Below are positions 42,667-53,628 of a DNA stretch of 64,000 bases, one piece after another. Origin of the DNA: Pelagomonas calceolata. Its lineage: Eukaryota. Below the pieces are notes generated by a model. That model saw only the letters and a program-made list of their open reading frames with translations. It ran no database searches and was not told where the DNA came from. The stretch is from contig CAKKNE010000002.1 of NCBI GenBank assembly GCA_918797485.1, forward strand, positions 868,001 through 932,000. The letters run 5' to 3'. The position numbers were made by a program, and so were the translations under genes. Numbering within the stretch: position 1 is the stretch's first letter; each line of letters opens with the position of its first letter.

Positions 42667-43152
42667 TTACGTGAAGGTCTTCTTCGTCATGATGCCGTAG
42701 AACTCGTCCGGCGAGATCTCGCCGTCCTGGTCCGTGTCGGCGCGCTCGATCATCTCCATGAGCTCCGCGTCGGACATGGTCTCGCCGAGCTCCTTGGCGA
42801 CGCGCTTGAGGTTGCGCAGCGTGATGCGGCCCGTCTGGTCGTCGTCGAAGAGGTTGAACACCTTCTGGATGTCCTCGCGCGTGTCCTTGTCGGACATCTT
42901 CGCCGTCATCATGTCGAGGAACTCCTCGAAGTCGATGGAGCCGTCGTTGTCCTTGTCGATGTCGCCGATCATCTGGTAGATGGTCTGGTTCTTGGCCTCG
43001 AAGCCGAGCGACTGCATGGCCGCCTTGAGCTCCTTGGGGTCGATCGTGCCGGAGCCATCCGTGTCGAAGAGGTTGAAGGCCTCGCGGATCTCCTCGATCT
43101 CCTCCTCGGAGAGGCCGGGGCGCTCGTAGGTTTTCGTGGGACGCTTGGGCAT
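42667..43152 (-). CDS. Centrin (caltractin), copy 1
   Basis: Four EF-hands; [50 protein letters not shown]. Confidence 0.97.
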   Translation of the reverse strand: MPKRPTKTYERPGLSEEEIEEIREAFNLFDTDGSGTIDPKELKAAMQSLGFEAKNQTIYQMIGDIDKDNDGSIDFEEFLDMMTAKMSDKDTREDIQKVFNLFDDDQTGRITLRNLKRVAKELGETMSDAELMEMIERADTDQDGEISPDEFYGIMTKKTFT

Positions 43153-43821
43153 GTTTTTTTACCTGCGAGGCGGAAAGCGGTGAGCGCCGCGGAAGGCTAT
43201 GCGGTCGGGGGCGCCGCGGCCCCAATAAGGTGGGAGGCGTGTTGGATATACTCTCGACATGGGTGTGAGGGCGGCCCGGGGCGCCGACGGCGGCGCCGCG
43301 GCCGCCCTGGGCGCCGCGGCGCCAAGACTGTTTGGCTGCCCCAGTTCCGCCGCGGGCGCGCGGCGGCGCGCGGGCAGCCCCGGCGGGCTTTGGAAGATCA
43401 TAAGAAAGCTTTTGGCGGGCGGCGCGGCGCCGGGCGGGCGCTTCTCGACGCGGGGGCGCGCGAATTAGCTGTCTCGTGCTGGGGCCGGCCGCTATCTCCT
43501 AAAGCTGTATCCCTAGTTAGGGCGGACGCGGGATGACCCTTTATGATCCCTTTATGATACCGTAGTTGTGAGCTAGTCCCTCCTACTCTTCAATATGAGA
43601 GAAGAAGGCTATTCACGCCTCCGCGAGCTAGAGAGTCTTTGCATGCTCTCGTTGGCGCTGGTCTCAAAACGCGCCGCACGCCGCCGCCGCGGCACGGTCG
43701 CACCACTATTGAAGGCGCACGGACCCTCCGCCTGCATTGGGAACAGGGGGCAGCCTTAGCTCGCACCAATTTGCGTGCCGGGAGCCGCCCAGTGGGTGCC
43801 TCCCCGTAGCATTGGGCAGCC

Positions 43822-45615
43822 ATGGGCGCCGGCGCCAGCACGAACCTGGCCTGGGAGCCGTCGGTCCTCGGAGACAGTGCAGCAGAAATAATAAGACAAA
43901 TTCGTAGTGGCGAGAGGACTTGTGTGGAAATCGTCCAGGCTAGCTTGGACCGCATCACACTACTGGAGACGAGCGAGCGGCCCCTGAACGCCTGCGTCGA
44001 GACCCTGGCCGAGAGTGCGCTGGAAGCGGCCCGCACCGTCGACGATAAGGTCAAGAATAAACGACCGCTGGGACCGCTCGAAGGGCTGCCCATCGTCGTC
44101 AAGATTAACGTTGACGTCAAAGGAGCGCTGACCACGGCGTCGACGGCGGCTCTGAAGGAGTGGCGGCCGCCATCGAACGCGCCGTGCGTCTCCCGACTAA
44201 TAGAGGCGGGGGCAATAATCGTGGCTCGAGCGAACATGTGCGAGCTCGCTGTGGGCTTTAGCGGCGCTTCGCCGGTGCACGGCTTGTGTTTGAACCCGCG
44301 GAACCCGGCGATCAACGTGGGCGGGTCGTCGTCGGGCACGGCAGCAAGCGTCGCTGCGGGTATCGTGCCCTGCGGGCTTGGTAGCGACACGGGCGGTTCG
44401 TTGCGGGGGCCGGCGGCTTTATGTGGTGTTGTTGGGTTTCGTCCTTCCACAGGCCGCTGGCCTTCGAAGGGTGTGGTGCCCGTGTCCGCATTACGAGATA
44501 CGCCGGGGCCCATCGGCCAATCGGTGGAGGACGTGTGTTTGTTGGACGCGGCGGCCACGTCTTCACCGTTGGTGGAGGCAAAGGACGTGACAGACCTCAA
44601 GATAGGCATACCGAGGGACTGGCTCGCCACGGCTCCGAATGGTTGCGATGAGAACGCCCTGGCCGCATTAGATGCGGCTTCTGCAGCTCTACGCAAGAGC
44701 GGCGCGCTCGTGGAAGACGTGGACGGCTTCTGCGCCGTGACGGAGACCAGTAGGGATACGTGGCCCGTCCAGGTGCTCCCCGTGCCCTTCGAGAACAACC
44801 ATAACGACCTACAAACATACATCGAGGCCCACCAGGACGCTCTAGGCTTAGATATAGAAGCTTTACGTCCATTGGATCGCATGGAGCGCAAGCTGTACTT
44901 TGCGTCGTTAGATGATGAATCACTGAAACAGATCGCGAGACGAGCGCACTGCGAGAAAGATTGTGTAATGGATCTACTCGACAGTATCGGCACGTTGACG
45001 GTATCAAGTATCCAGGACAAGGTCGCTTCTCCACATATCCGCGCGCTGTTTGATTCACCAAAAATACCGCAGGATATTATTGATGAGCGCCTCGGCTTCG
45101 CAAAAGACCCGGACCGGCCGATGGCCAAAAACTTAACGGAGCTCAAGAGGTGGGAGTCCGAGGAGCGCGGGCGCCGCTTAGCGGTCAAGGACGAGGAGAT
45201 CCAACGGGTGATACAGGAGGTCATCGACGAGAAGACGCAGGCTTCACAAAAGGGTGTTGAGGCGCTGGAAAAGGCCTACCGTGCTTTCTTCGCCGAGAAG
45301 AACATACGATGCTTACTACTACCTACGATGCCCCAGCCGCCGGGTACCATCAATGACAAGGGCTACGCCGCGAAGGCGTTTACGAACGAGTACCACTGGC
45401 TCTTCCATCTGAACGAGATCCCCGTGCCCTCCATAACCCTACCGACGTCCGTCGTCTTCCCGGGGTCCATGATTCCATGCAGCGTGCTGCTTTATGGATT
45501 GGATGATGCCGAATTGCTCGGCGTCGCGCGGACGCTCGAGGACGCATTAGGGGGTGTGTCGGACTGGGCGGTGGCGGCGTTCGGCGGGCGGCGGACGCTC
45601 GGCGGGGCGCCCTGA
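43822..45615 (+). CDS. Amidase-signature family hydrolase
   Basis: GPLEGLPIVVKINVD, GGSSSG, GSDTGGSLRGPAALCGVVGFRPS; MGAGAS myristoylation-type N-terminus. Confidence 0.92.
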   Translation: MGAGASTNLAWEPSVLGDSAAEIIRQIRSGERTCVEIVQASLDRITLLETSERPLNACVETLAESALEAARTVDDKVKNKRPLGPLEGLPIVVKINVDVKGALTTASTAALKEWRPPSNAPCVSRLIEAGAIIVARANMCELAVGFSGASPVHGLCLNPRNPAINVGGSSSGTAASVAAGIVPCGLGSDTGGSLRGPAALCGVVGFRPSTGRWPSKGVVPVSALRDTPGPIGQSVEDVCLLDAAATSSPLVEAKDVTDLKIGIPRDWLATAPNGCDENALAALDAASAALRKSGALVEDVDGFCAVTETSRDTWPVQVLPVPFENNHNDLQTYIEAHQDALGLDIEALRPLDRMERKLYFASLDDESLKQIARRAHCEKDCVMDLLDSIGTLTVSSIQDKVASPHIRALFDSPKIPQDIIDERLGFAKDPDRPMAKNLTELKRWESEERGRRLAVKDEEIQRVIQEVIDEKTQASQKGVEALEKAYRAFFAEKNIRCLLLPTMPQPPGTINDKGYAAKAFTNEYHWLFHLNEIPVPSITLPTSVVFPGSMIPCSVLLYGLDDAELLGVARTLEDALGGVSDWAVAAFGGRRTLGGAP

Positions 45616-45907
45616 CGACGCCGTCGACGCGCCCCGCGCCTGAGACGGCGCCGCCGACACGCCCTCCCGAAGTGAACGCCGTCGACGCGCGCCAGTGTTC
45701 TGTCGCCCCTGACGAGGCGTCGCGGGCGCGTAGCCCGTGTTCTGTGTACATACTATAAATTTCCGCACCGTTATCTACCTCTAGAAGCCCGATGCCCGCC
45801 GCGCGGCGCCAGCGAATCGCGGCGCGAACGAACGCGGCGGCTTTGGCGCCGCGGCCCCGTCGGCTACCTCTAGCCACCCGGCGCCGCGGCGCTCTTTTTC
45901 ACGCGGC

Positions 45908-46393
45908 TTACGTGAAGGTCTTCTTCGTCATGATGCCGTAGAACTCGTCCGGCGAGATCTCGCCGTCCTGGTCCGTGTCGGCGCGCTCGATCATCTCCAT
46001 GAGCTCCGCGTCGGACATGGTCTCGCCGAGCTCCTTGGCGACGCGCTTGAGGTTGCGCAGCGTGATGCGGCCCGTCTGGTCGTCGTCGAAGAGGTTGAAC
46101 ACCTTCTGGATGTCCTCGCGCGTGTCCTTGTCGGACATCTTCGCCGTCATCATGTCGAGGAACTCCTCGAAGTCGATGGAGCCGTCGTTGTCCTTGTCGA
46201 TGTCGCCGATCATCTGGTAGATGGTCTGGTTCTTGGCCTCGAAGCCGAGCGACTGCATGGCCGCCTTGAGCTCCTTGGGGTCGATCGTGCCGGAGCCGTC
46301 CGTGTCGAAGAGGTTGAAGGCCTCGCGGATCTCCTCGATCTCCTCCTCGGAGAGGCCGGGGCGCTCGTAGGTTTTCGTGGGGCGCTTGGGCAT
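45908..46393 (-). CDS. Centrin (caltractin), copy 2, protein identical to copy 1
   Basis: Identical 161-aa translation. Confidence 0.97.
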   Translation of the reverse strand: MPKRPTKTYERPGLSEEEIEEIREAFNLFDTDGSGTIDPKELKAAMQSLGFEAKNQTIYQMIGDIDKDNDGSIDFEEFLDMMTAKMSDKDTREDIQKVFNLFDDDQTGRITLRNLKRVAKELGETMSDAELMEMIERADTDQDGEISPDEFYGIMTKKTFT

Positions 46394-46941
46394 GGTTGTT
46401 TGTGTCTGCGAGGGTGCGGCGTGAGGGCGGTGTGGCGCCGAGGTGTTTGCTGGGCGTCGGTGGGTGGGTGGCGGGCGTTGGCAGGGTTCCCGGGCCCCTC
46501 GCGCGGCTAGGCTAGCCAGGAAGCAGGGTGCTCTCTGGATGGCTGTGCTTTCGCGGCGCGGCTGCTTTTCAGTCGGAGAAGTTGTGGAGCCCTCGTGGAG
46601 GTGTAGCTCGAGCTAATGAGGGCTGTGGGCGTGATCGGACGCAGGCGTGTACAGTGCTACAGTCTCCGCGGGCTGTGGGCTGGGAGAGGGCGTTGCAAAA
46701 CAGGTTTCGGAAAAAGTCCCTCCGTTTGAGACCTCTACGGAGCTCGAACTACTCCATGGACGACGTAGGCACACTTAAGGCCGGATAAAGTTGGCTAAAA
46801 CTTTTCTAGAGCCCCTGTAACTCTAGCTCGACCTCCTCCCAACCACACGACCCACGCCGTAAAATACATGAATAGTTGTACTGATACATTTTCTGAGGTC
46901 CATTTTGCAGTCGCGCACGCGTGAACTGATCGCTGCAATCG

Positions 46942-48057
46942 ATGGCAGTCGTCCGCAGCGCCCTAGTCCACACGACTGCAGCGGCTGCATTCTTGCTGCG
47001 GCGTCCTCCGCGGCCATGCGTGCGAATGCTGGCCAGTACGAGTTCGGTAGAGGTAGCAGTGCCAGGAGGCCTGACGCTGCGAGGCACGCGTTACGCCAGC
47101 GATGCGAGCGAAGGCGGCCGCTGGCTCCTACTCCACGGCTGGTTAGATAATAGCGACAGCTTCGCAGCGCTAGCGCCGAAGCTCTGCGACGCCGACGGTG
47201 CCGCGTTCGCGGACGTCGTGGCTCTCGACCTCGCAGGCCACGGCCTCTCGGACCATAGGAACGGTCCGTATCACGCCGTGGATTTCGCTGCCGACGCCAT
47301 CTACGCGGCAAACGAACTCTGGGGCGAGGGCTGCCATTTTAACGTAGCGGGACACTCGCTGGGCGGCGGCGTCGCCCTGATGGTCGCGGGCGCGTGGCCG
47401 GACCGTATACGACGCGTGGCAGCGATCGAAAGCGCGGGAGCGCTCGCCGGGCCCGCCGCCGATGCGCCGTCGTCGCTGCGGAAGAGCTGCCGACGACCTC
47501 CCGTCGGCGGCTCGCGGCGCGTCTTCAGGGACGCCGCCGACGCCGCGCAGCGCCGCGCCGCGAAGAACGTCATGGCCGACGCGCGGTTCACGGAACGCGA
47601 AGCGCTCGTGCTGACGGCGCGAGGATTAGAGGAGGTCGACGGCGGCGTCCGCTGGCGCACGGACCCCTGGCTGCTGCGACCGTCCCGGCTCCGCCTCGAC
47701 CCGAGCCAGGGCCTCGCCTTCGCGCGAGCGACGACGGCCCCGGCACTGCTCGTCCTCGCGAAGGACGGCGGCTTCGCGCGGACTGGGCGATTCGTGGACC
47801 CGTCGTCGTGGTGGGTGCGCGTCGGCGCCGCGCTCGCCGCCCGCGTCCGCCCCGGCGCCGCGTCGTTCCGAGGCCTCGGCGGCGCCGCGACGTTGGCGGA
47901 CCTGTCCGCGCGGATACGGGCGCTGCGACGGCGTACGGTTGTTACTCTGCCCGCGGGCGGGCACCACGTCCACTTGAGCGAACCCGACGCTGTGGCGGAC
48001 GCGTTCGTCGCGTGGGCGAACGGCGGCACCGATGTGTACGGTGCGCTCGGCGCGTAG
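46942..48057 (+). CDS. Alpha/beta hydrolase (serine hydrolase-like, SERHL type)
   Basis: LLLHGWLDNSDSF, DLAGHGLSDH, GHSLGG, GGHHVHLSEP. Confidence 0.9.
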   Translation: MAVVRSALVHTTAAAAFLLRRPPRPCVRMLASTSSVEVAVPGGLTLRGTRYASDASEGGRWLLLHGWLDNSDSFAALAPKLCDADGAAFADVVALDLAGHGLSDHRNGPYHAVDFAADAIYAANELWGEGCHFNVAGHSLGGGVALMVAGAWPDRIRRVAAIESAGALAGPAADAPSSLRKSCRRPPVGGSRRVFRDAADAAQRRAAKNVMADARFTEREALVLTARGLEEVDGGVRWRTDPWLLRPSRLRLDPSQGLAFARATTAPALLVLAKDGGFARTGRFVDPSSWWVRVGAALAARVRPGAASFRGLGGAATLADLSARIRALRRRTVVTLPAGGHHVHLSEPDAVADAFVAWANGGTDVYGALGA

Positions 48058-48097
48058 TTAATTGTTTTCCAAGTCTTACCCAAGGAGACCCCTAGGA

Positions 48098-51000
48098 CTA
48101 GATGAGGAACCGCTCGTCGACCATGGACGACTCCGCGATGTTCCGCGCCGAGTACGCCTCGCAGACCAATCTAATGAAGTGGTGCAGCAGGAACACCAAG
48201 AATATCGACAGCGTCGTGTTCCGGAACCAGATGTCCGCGACCGCAAACGTCAATATTTCTTGGACCAGCAGCTCCCAGTCGTGGCCCAGAAATAAACATT
48301 GCGTGAATTGCAAATCTCCTTCCCCAAAAAACCAGCCCTTGTCCGGTTGCAAGATGACGCTTCCGTCCGCCGTCGGGGGCGGCCCCTTGCCCATGATGCG
48401 GTCGAAGGTGTCCGGTCTAGCTGCCTGCCAATCGAGACCATGGGACTCCGCGAAGCCGTGCTGGAAGAACGTTCTCACGAAGGCTCCCACGCGAGAGGCG
48501 CCCTGGATCCGCCGAGCCTTCTCCTGTAAATCAGTTCCACCGAACAACACGTTCCGCCTTCCCAATCTCGCTTGCCCGAGCGGCGGAGGCGCCGCGTTCT
48601 CCCGGGATACCTTCGCCGCATGTAACGCCTCAGCTCTTTGTCTTCGACGCTCATCAGCCTCCGTAGCAGGCCCTCTTCTACGAGAGTCGCGGGAAGCGAT
48701 CCTACGAGTAGCTTCCCTCGCGGCTACGTCGGCCTCCGGGTCAGGTAATTCTAAAGTTTTGTCCATCACCCTATCCTGGACGTTCCGCCAGGCCCTCCTA
48801 AAAGCCGGCGACAGCCAGAGCTGGAAGACGTGGGCCTCGGGCATGTCCGGCACGAGTCGCGCTTGTCCACCGGGATCCTCCAATAAGTGATTACTGAGTT
48901 GCGCCATCGTGTCGTCGGCGTGCTCGTAGGCCGCATCCCCATGGACGTACCAGCCGTGGTACTCCGCGTCTAGTACCAAGACTGATACCTTGGCTACGGT
49001 ACATACATCTATGAAGGATTGAGCCTCCGGCTCCGACACAAAGCGCTGGTAGATGAGGTAGTTCCAGAGCCACTGTATAAAAGCTAACGCGAGCCAAAAA
49101 AACGTCGTATTGACAAATCTAAGAGCGATGTTGTGGTGGCCCGGCGTGAAATCGTTGCGATCTATTCTAGGTCTCGCAGTGGCATTGTGTTCTAATCCTA
49201 AACCAACCAGGAAGAACCCGAGCCAGAAGAGGATGAAGTGGACCGACGTTCTACGAGTCGTCTGGAGCTCGGCCCACTCGTTGGCGACGAAGATCGACCG
49301 CCAGGCACTGATAGGAAACGGGCTCTGCGGGTCCGGCGCGCGCGCGGGCTCCCAGTCCACGAAGAGCACCTCCATGGTGCACTGCTTGTAGACTAACTGG
49401 AAGACCACTAAAGTTTGCGTGACCCACAGACTTATTATGAGTGTACGCACGCCTGTGTGGGAACGATGTGAAGTTCGGAAACGTTTTGATAAAGGACGCC
49501 GCGTCCGCACCCCAGTACTCGAAATCTTTACCATCGTGTCTATTTTCCGTCGGGAGTAATGCGTAGGCCGTCGACTGCATCTTGAAGAAGACGAACCAAT
49601 AAGAGCAGAGGCAGAAGCACAGCGGGAAGAAGACGTGCACGAAGAGCCTTCCTAGTAGCAATAAAATGTTGAATAAATATCCTAAGGTGAGTCCACCGGA
49701 CGGCATATTCGCCGAATCGACGGCGTGGTTCCGTCGCTGGTACTGGCCCACGGACCAGAGCCACCAACAACCAACCACCGCTACAAAAAAGTAAATGAAG
49801 CCTTTGCCGACGCGCCAGAACCTGGACGAGCTCATAGAGTACTCGACCTCGAACTCAACCTTCGTCTGGGCCATCTTGTAGCCCTCCTCTATTGCTTCTC
49901 TTGTGCGTTCTCTGTACTTTAACTCTAAGATAGGTGTGTAGATCGAGGAGGCGTATCGGCCACTCGCGACAATCCTCAAAGTGATCTCCACCGCAAACCG
50001 CAGCAACTTCGGCTTATGAGCATCTTCATAGTACTTCGCGTCTCTGCCAGATAACGAATCGAATAAGGTAAATCTACGAACGAATATATCGTCGTCGCCG
50101 TCTTCTGTTCTGCCATTTTTGTTCACGGATTGCGCGTCCCTGCTTCTCAAGGCTTTGTTGAGGACCGGGACGGGTATGAGGCACTCCTGCTTTTCTTCTC
50201 CGTCAAACGTCGAACAGCCGTCTCTAGCCATATCGACCAGATACAATTCGTAGAAGACCGGATCTTTTGATTGCAACAACTTGAGGTCGCACTTGAAGTT
50301 GTGCCGCACGCTGTAGCCGTATCTCAGCCAGGACGTATCTGAGGCGGAACCACCTCCGGAACCCGTCCGCGGCGCGTCCATGCCACAATAAAAAAATTGC
50401 GTCGATAGAGCCTCAAAACTGACGAGTGTACCATTCATGGCGTAGGAAGCCAACCTCCACCTCAACTTGTGCTCCCCGGTCTCTTGTCCTCGAAACGACA
50501 GGGCCATCTGTACAGATGGGTCCTTCCTTAATGTCAAACCATCTCTCACTTGCACGCCCCCATCCCGCGTGTACGCCAGCCAGGGCATCTGCTTGTGCAT
50601 GCCCAGGTTGTTGATCGACGCGCGGTCCCGCATGGTGTCGTGGAACGCTTCGCAAGCGACTGACGAAAGGTCGTACTGCGTGAGCACACACAGGTTCGCG
50701 AGCGCCTGGCAGGCCTCGTCTGAGACAGGGGTGTTGTCGTGGTATCGACACTTCGTCGCGGCTCGAGCAAAGTGGTGCTGGACGAGCATGCTCTCCACAT
50801 GATCGACATCAGAAGCATCTCCATTATGCTTCGCCTGGACGTTGCTATATCTTATATTCGACGCGGCACTTTCCGGGTAGACGGCAATCGTGTCGTCGTG
50901 CTGTAGAGCGTCTATACAGCTTTGGGGACCCACGGCCGCGACTCCAACCCTAGCACCAGTAGTGCACGTACAGGCCTTCTCCGCTTGACTATAAGCCATG

Positions 51001-51539
51001 TCACCATCGGGGCACGTCTGGCATTCGTAGGGCGACGCTCTATAGAACTGGCCCGAGACGTGTGTATCTGATAAGGTGATAAATTGGCCGGCCGGGCAGG
51101 CCTCGCACGTGTTTTTTATTACATTTCCGGACGCGTCTCTCTCCACGAGTCTCTGATTGGCAGCACAAGACGTCACACCTTTCGTGCAGTTCGACGAGTC
51201 GGACAGGGACGTGACGGCGCACGCCTCGCACCGCAACGACCGGCACGTGCCGTCCGTGCCCGCCTCGTCCGCGCACTCTTCGGTGGTTTGCGTGAAGCCC
51301 ACGGGGCAGCGGCAGTTGAGCGCGTTGCCGTGTGCATCGACGTGGCGCGCGTCTCCGATGAGGTGCACGCCGGTGACGTCGTCGCCCATGACACTACAAG
51401 GCATGCAAGCGAGCTCGATCGTGTCGAGGAACTCATTCGCGGCGCAGCGGATCGTCGCGGGGTCGCGGATGACCCAGTCGTGGGCCTCGTTCGCTCCGGT
51501 TAATGCCGCGAGGGCGAGCAAGATGGTGGGGGCCAGCAT
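48098..51539 (-). CDS. TMEM67: Meckelin (transition-zone protein), about 1127 aa; exons 51539-49511 and 49452-48098
   Basis: Signal peptide, Cys-rich ectodomain, ACQALANLCVL, FVRRFTLFDSLSG, FVDWE, ISAWRSIFVANEWAELQT.R, FIDVCTVAKVSV, NIAESSMVDERFLI; a 58-nt intron joins the two ORFs in phase 1. Confidence 0.93.
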
Positions 51540-51995
51540 TTTGCGATGCCCGAGGCGCGGCGGCTGGCGTTTTGGGCTGCCTGGTTCCAACCTCCCAACT
51601 TGTCGCAACGATCGCGCGACGAGGCGGCTGCCGTTTCGCTTTGACGGTGAGCAGTGGCAGCGCGTTTCCTTGAACCACAGGTTCGAGCGTCCGGAGCCGC
51701 GCGCACCGCCGGCAAGCGCGCGATGGCAGGTGCGGGCCGGCACAAATTGGAAAAAAGGGGGGGTCCCGGTGGGGCGCGGTGGGATCGGCGAGGCGTCCCG
51801 CCAGGCCTTGCAGGCTGCCCAGTCGATGATCGGGAGAAATATGGCGCGACACAGGAGCGTACGGGGTCTGGAGCGCCGGCCACACTGCCGGCCACACAGC
51901 TCCACATTGGGCAGCCTTGTGCTGCGCTTTCTCGCGTCCGCGTGGCCGCAGGATACTCCTTTGCATCCCTGCTCCACCCCTGCGACAGATCCTAG

Positions 51996-52577
51996 ATGGG
52001 CGGCGCCTGCACGACACCGCAAGAGGTCGAGTACGAGGTCGTGCTGCACACGTACAATGCATGTACAGGCCCGGCCCAGGCTTTCCTCGGCTTGCTGGGC
52101 GGCGGCGGCGCCTACGTCTCGGGCATTGAGGTCGGCGGCGCCGAGTACTCGTTCGATGATCGGGGATGTCATCAGACGGAGCCCGGCAAGCCTGCCTCGA
52201 GCGCCGCGGCGAGCGAGAAGGAGCGACGGGTCCTGGGCAGTGCAACGATGACGCCGGCGCGGCTGCGAAAGATCATTCGCAGCGTCCAGCGCGAGTTCAA
52301 GCCGGCGAAGGAGCAACGGACGCCGTACACGTACGACCTCGTGTCGCGCAACGGCAATCATTTTTCTACGGCGCTGGCCCTGGCGCTGGGTGTGGACCCG
52401 CCGCCGCCGTCCCTCAACGCGCTCGCGAACACAGCGAATATGGCCGCGAACCTGCTGGGCTCCCTCGCGGGCCAATTCGGCGGCGCGATGGGCCAGGCGT
52501 CCGCGAACGCGCAGACGCCCAACGCCGTCGCCGTGCCGATGCACGCGCCGGTACCCGTGGCGCAGGGGATCTCATAA
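51996..52577 (+). CDS. PPPDE/DeSI peptidase-like protein lacking the catalytic His and Cys
   Basis: EVVLHTYN..GAYVSGIEVGGAEYSF..YDLVSRNGNHFSTALA..PPSLNALAN. Confidence 0.85.
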   Translation: MGGACTTPQEVEYEVVLHTYNACTGPAQAFLGLLGGGGAYVSGIEVGGAEYSFDDRGCHQTEPGKPASSAAASEKERRVLGSATMTPARLRKIIRSVQREFKPAKEQRTPYTYDLVSRNGNHFSTALALALGVDPPPPSLNALANTANMAANLLGSLAGQFGGAMGQASANAQTPNAVAVPMHAPVPVAQGIS

Positions 52578-52579
52578 CA

Positions 52580-53383
52580 CTAACTTATACAACATCGAAA
52601 CAACGGGCCGGGCGGGAGCTGCCCGAAACCGGCTGCGTAGGCGCCGTCGAACGAGAATTGCTCGTCGCTCGCGTCGCCGTCGAAGCGGACCGCACCGGCG
52701 TCGATTGGTAAAGGGCGGAACGCGACGTCGGCGCCGCCGTCCCAGCTCGCGGCCTCCAGGCGCTTGAGCTGATCCACGAATTGCGAGCGCGTCGGGCGGC
52801 ACGGGTCGAGCACGAGTCGCGCCGTTGCGCGGCTCGCGGCTACCGCACCCGCCGTCGCCTTGGCCAGCGGCGTCGAATAGAACGTGTCGCACGCGACGAC
52901 GAGGTCGAACGGGCCGCGCGCGCGCACGAGCGCTTCGACGGCGGCGGCGTCGGAAAAATCTAACTTTTCGACCGCGAAGCTAAGATCCGGATTCGCGTCG
53001 CGGGCCGCCCGCAACAACCGGAGGCACAGCTCCGAGGCGTCCGTGGCGATGACACGCGCGCCGAACTTCGCCGCGGCGAGGGCCGTGAGACCCGTTCCCG
53101 CGCCGAGCTCGAGGATGGACAGCCCGCGGAGGCCGCCGCGCCGGGCGTTCGAAAGCCGCTCAAGCGCAGAGATCGCGGCGACGCCTGCAGGCCAGACGAC
53201 GGAGCCCACGGGCTCAACGTCGCCGTCCAACGCGCACGCAACCATTGCCTTCTCGTCGTCCGCGTTGAACCAAGTAAGTTGCGCCCCGTTGCGCAGCGTA
53301 GCAGTGAGCCTCCGCAGCGGTACTGCATTTGTAGCGGTCCATTGCTGCATGTCAGTGCACAGCCAAGGCGTTGGCCAGATCAT
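52580..53383 (-). CDS. Methyltransferase family 16 (putative lysine methyltransferase); start uncertain
   Basis: GSVVWPAG, ILELGAGTGLTAL, VIATD, FDLVVACDTFY. Confidence 0.85.
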   Translation of the reverse strand: MIWPTPWLCTDMQQWTATNAVPLRRLTATLRNGAQLTWFNADDEKAMVACALDGDVEPVGSVVWPAGVAAISALERLSNARRGGLRGLSILELGAGTGLTALAAAKFGARVIATDASELCLRLLRAARDANPDLSFAVEKLDFSDAAAVEALVRARGPFDLVVACDTFYSTPLAKATAGAVAASRATARLVLDPCRPTRSQFVDQLKRLEAASWDGGADVAFRPLPIDAGAVRFDGDASDEQFSFDGAYAAGFGQLPPGPLFRCCIS

Positions 53384-53490
53384 ACGCGTCGCCAGCGCAC
53401 GCGCACCGACTCCTGCGTCCCCCAGGCCACTGCTTGGCAGCTATGCCGATCACTGCAGCCAGAGCCACGCCTAATACTGCCCAGAGCCTG

Positions 53491-53514
53491 CTTGCTAGTA
53501 TCTACGCCGCTAGC
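53491..53514 (-). promoter_or_regulatory. 27-bp CTAG-CTAG motif (3-nt shorter)
   Basis: CTTGCTAGTATCTACGCCGCTAGC, upstream of the methyltransferase. Confidence 0.55.
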
Positions 53515-53628
53515 CACGCGGGATTACGAACGCGCGGGAGCCCTGGAAGCCGCGGCCTGGGACTCTGGGCTAGGCTAATAGACGCACTAGAAACGAAAAC
53601 ACAGTCCCCCTCCTTACACGAGAGCGTC

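Noticed and set aside
43537..43558. CCCTTTATGAT direct repeat in the centrin-amidase intergenic region
   Set aside because: A single short slippage duplication; no ncRNA structure could be supported.
43921..43932. TGTGTGGAAATC matching the introner TIR inside the amidase
   Set aside because: There is no partner TIR or TSD, and it encodes ordinary amidase sequence (TCVEIV), so it is a chance match.
43590..45224. 544-aa minus-strand ORF, and many similar long antisense or alternate-frame ORFs
   Set aside because: These are shadows of real genes in high-GC DNA, with no recognisable motifs.
51540..52544. Apparent N-terminal extension of meckelin in the ORF track
   Set aside because: It overlaps the PPPDE gene antisense; the signal peptide starts at ATG 51539.
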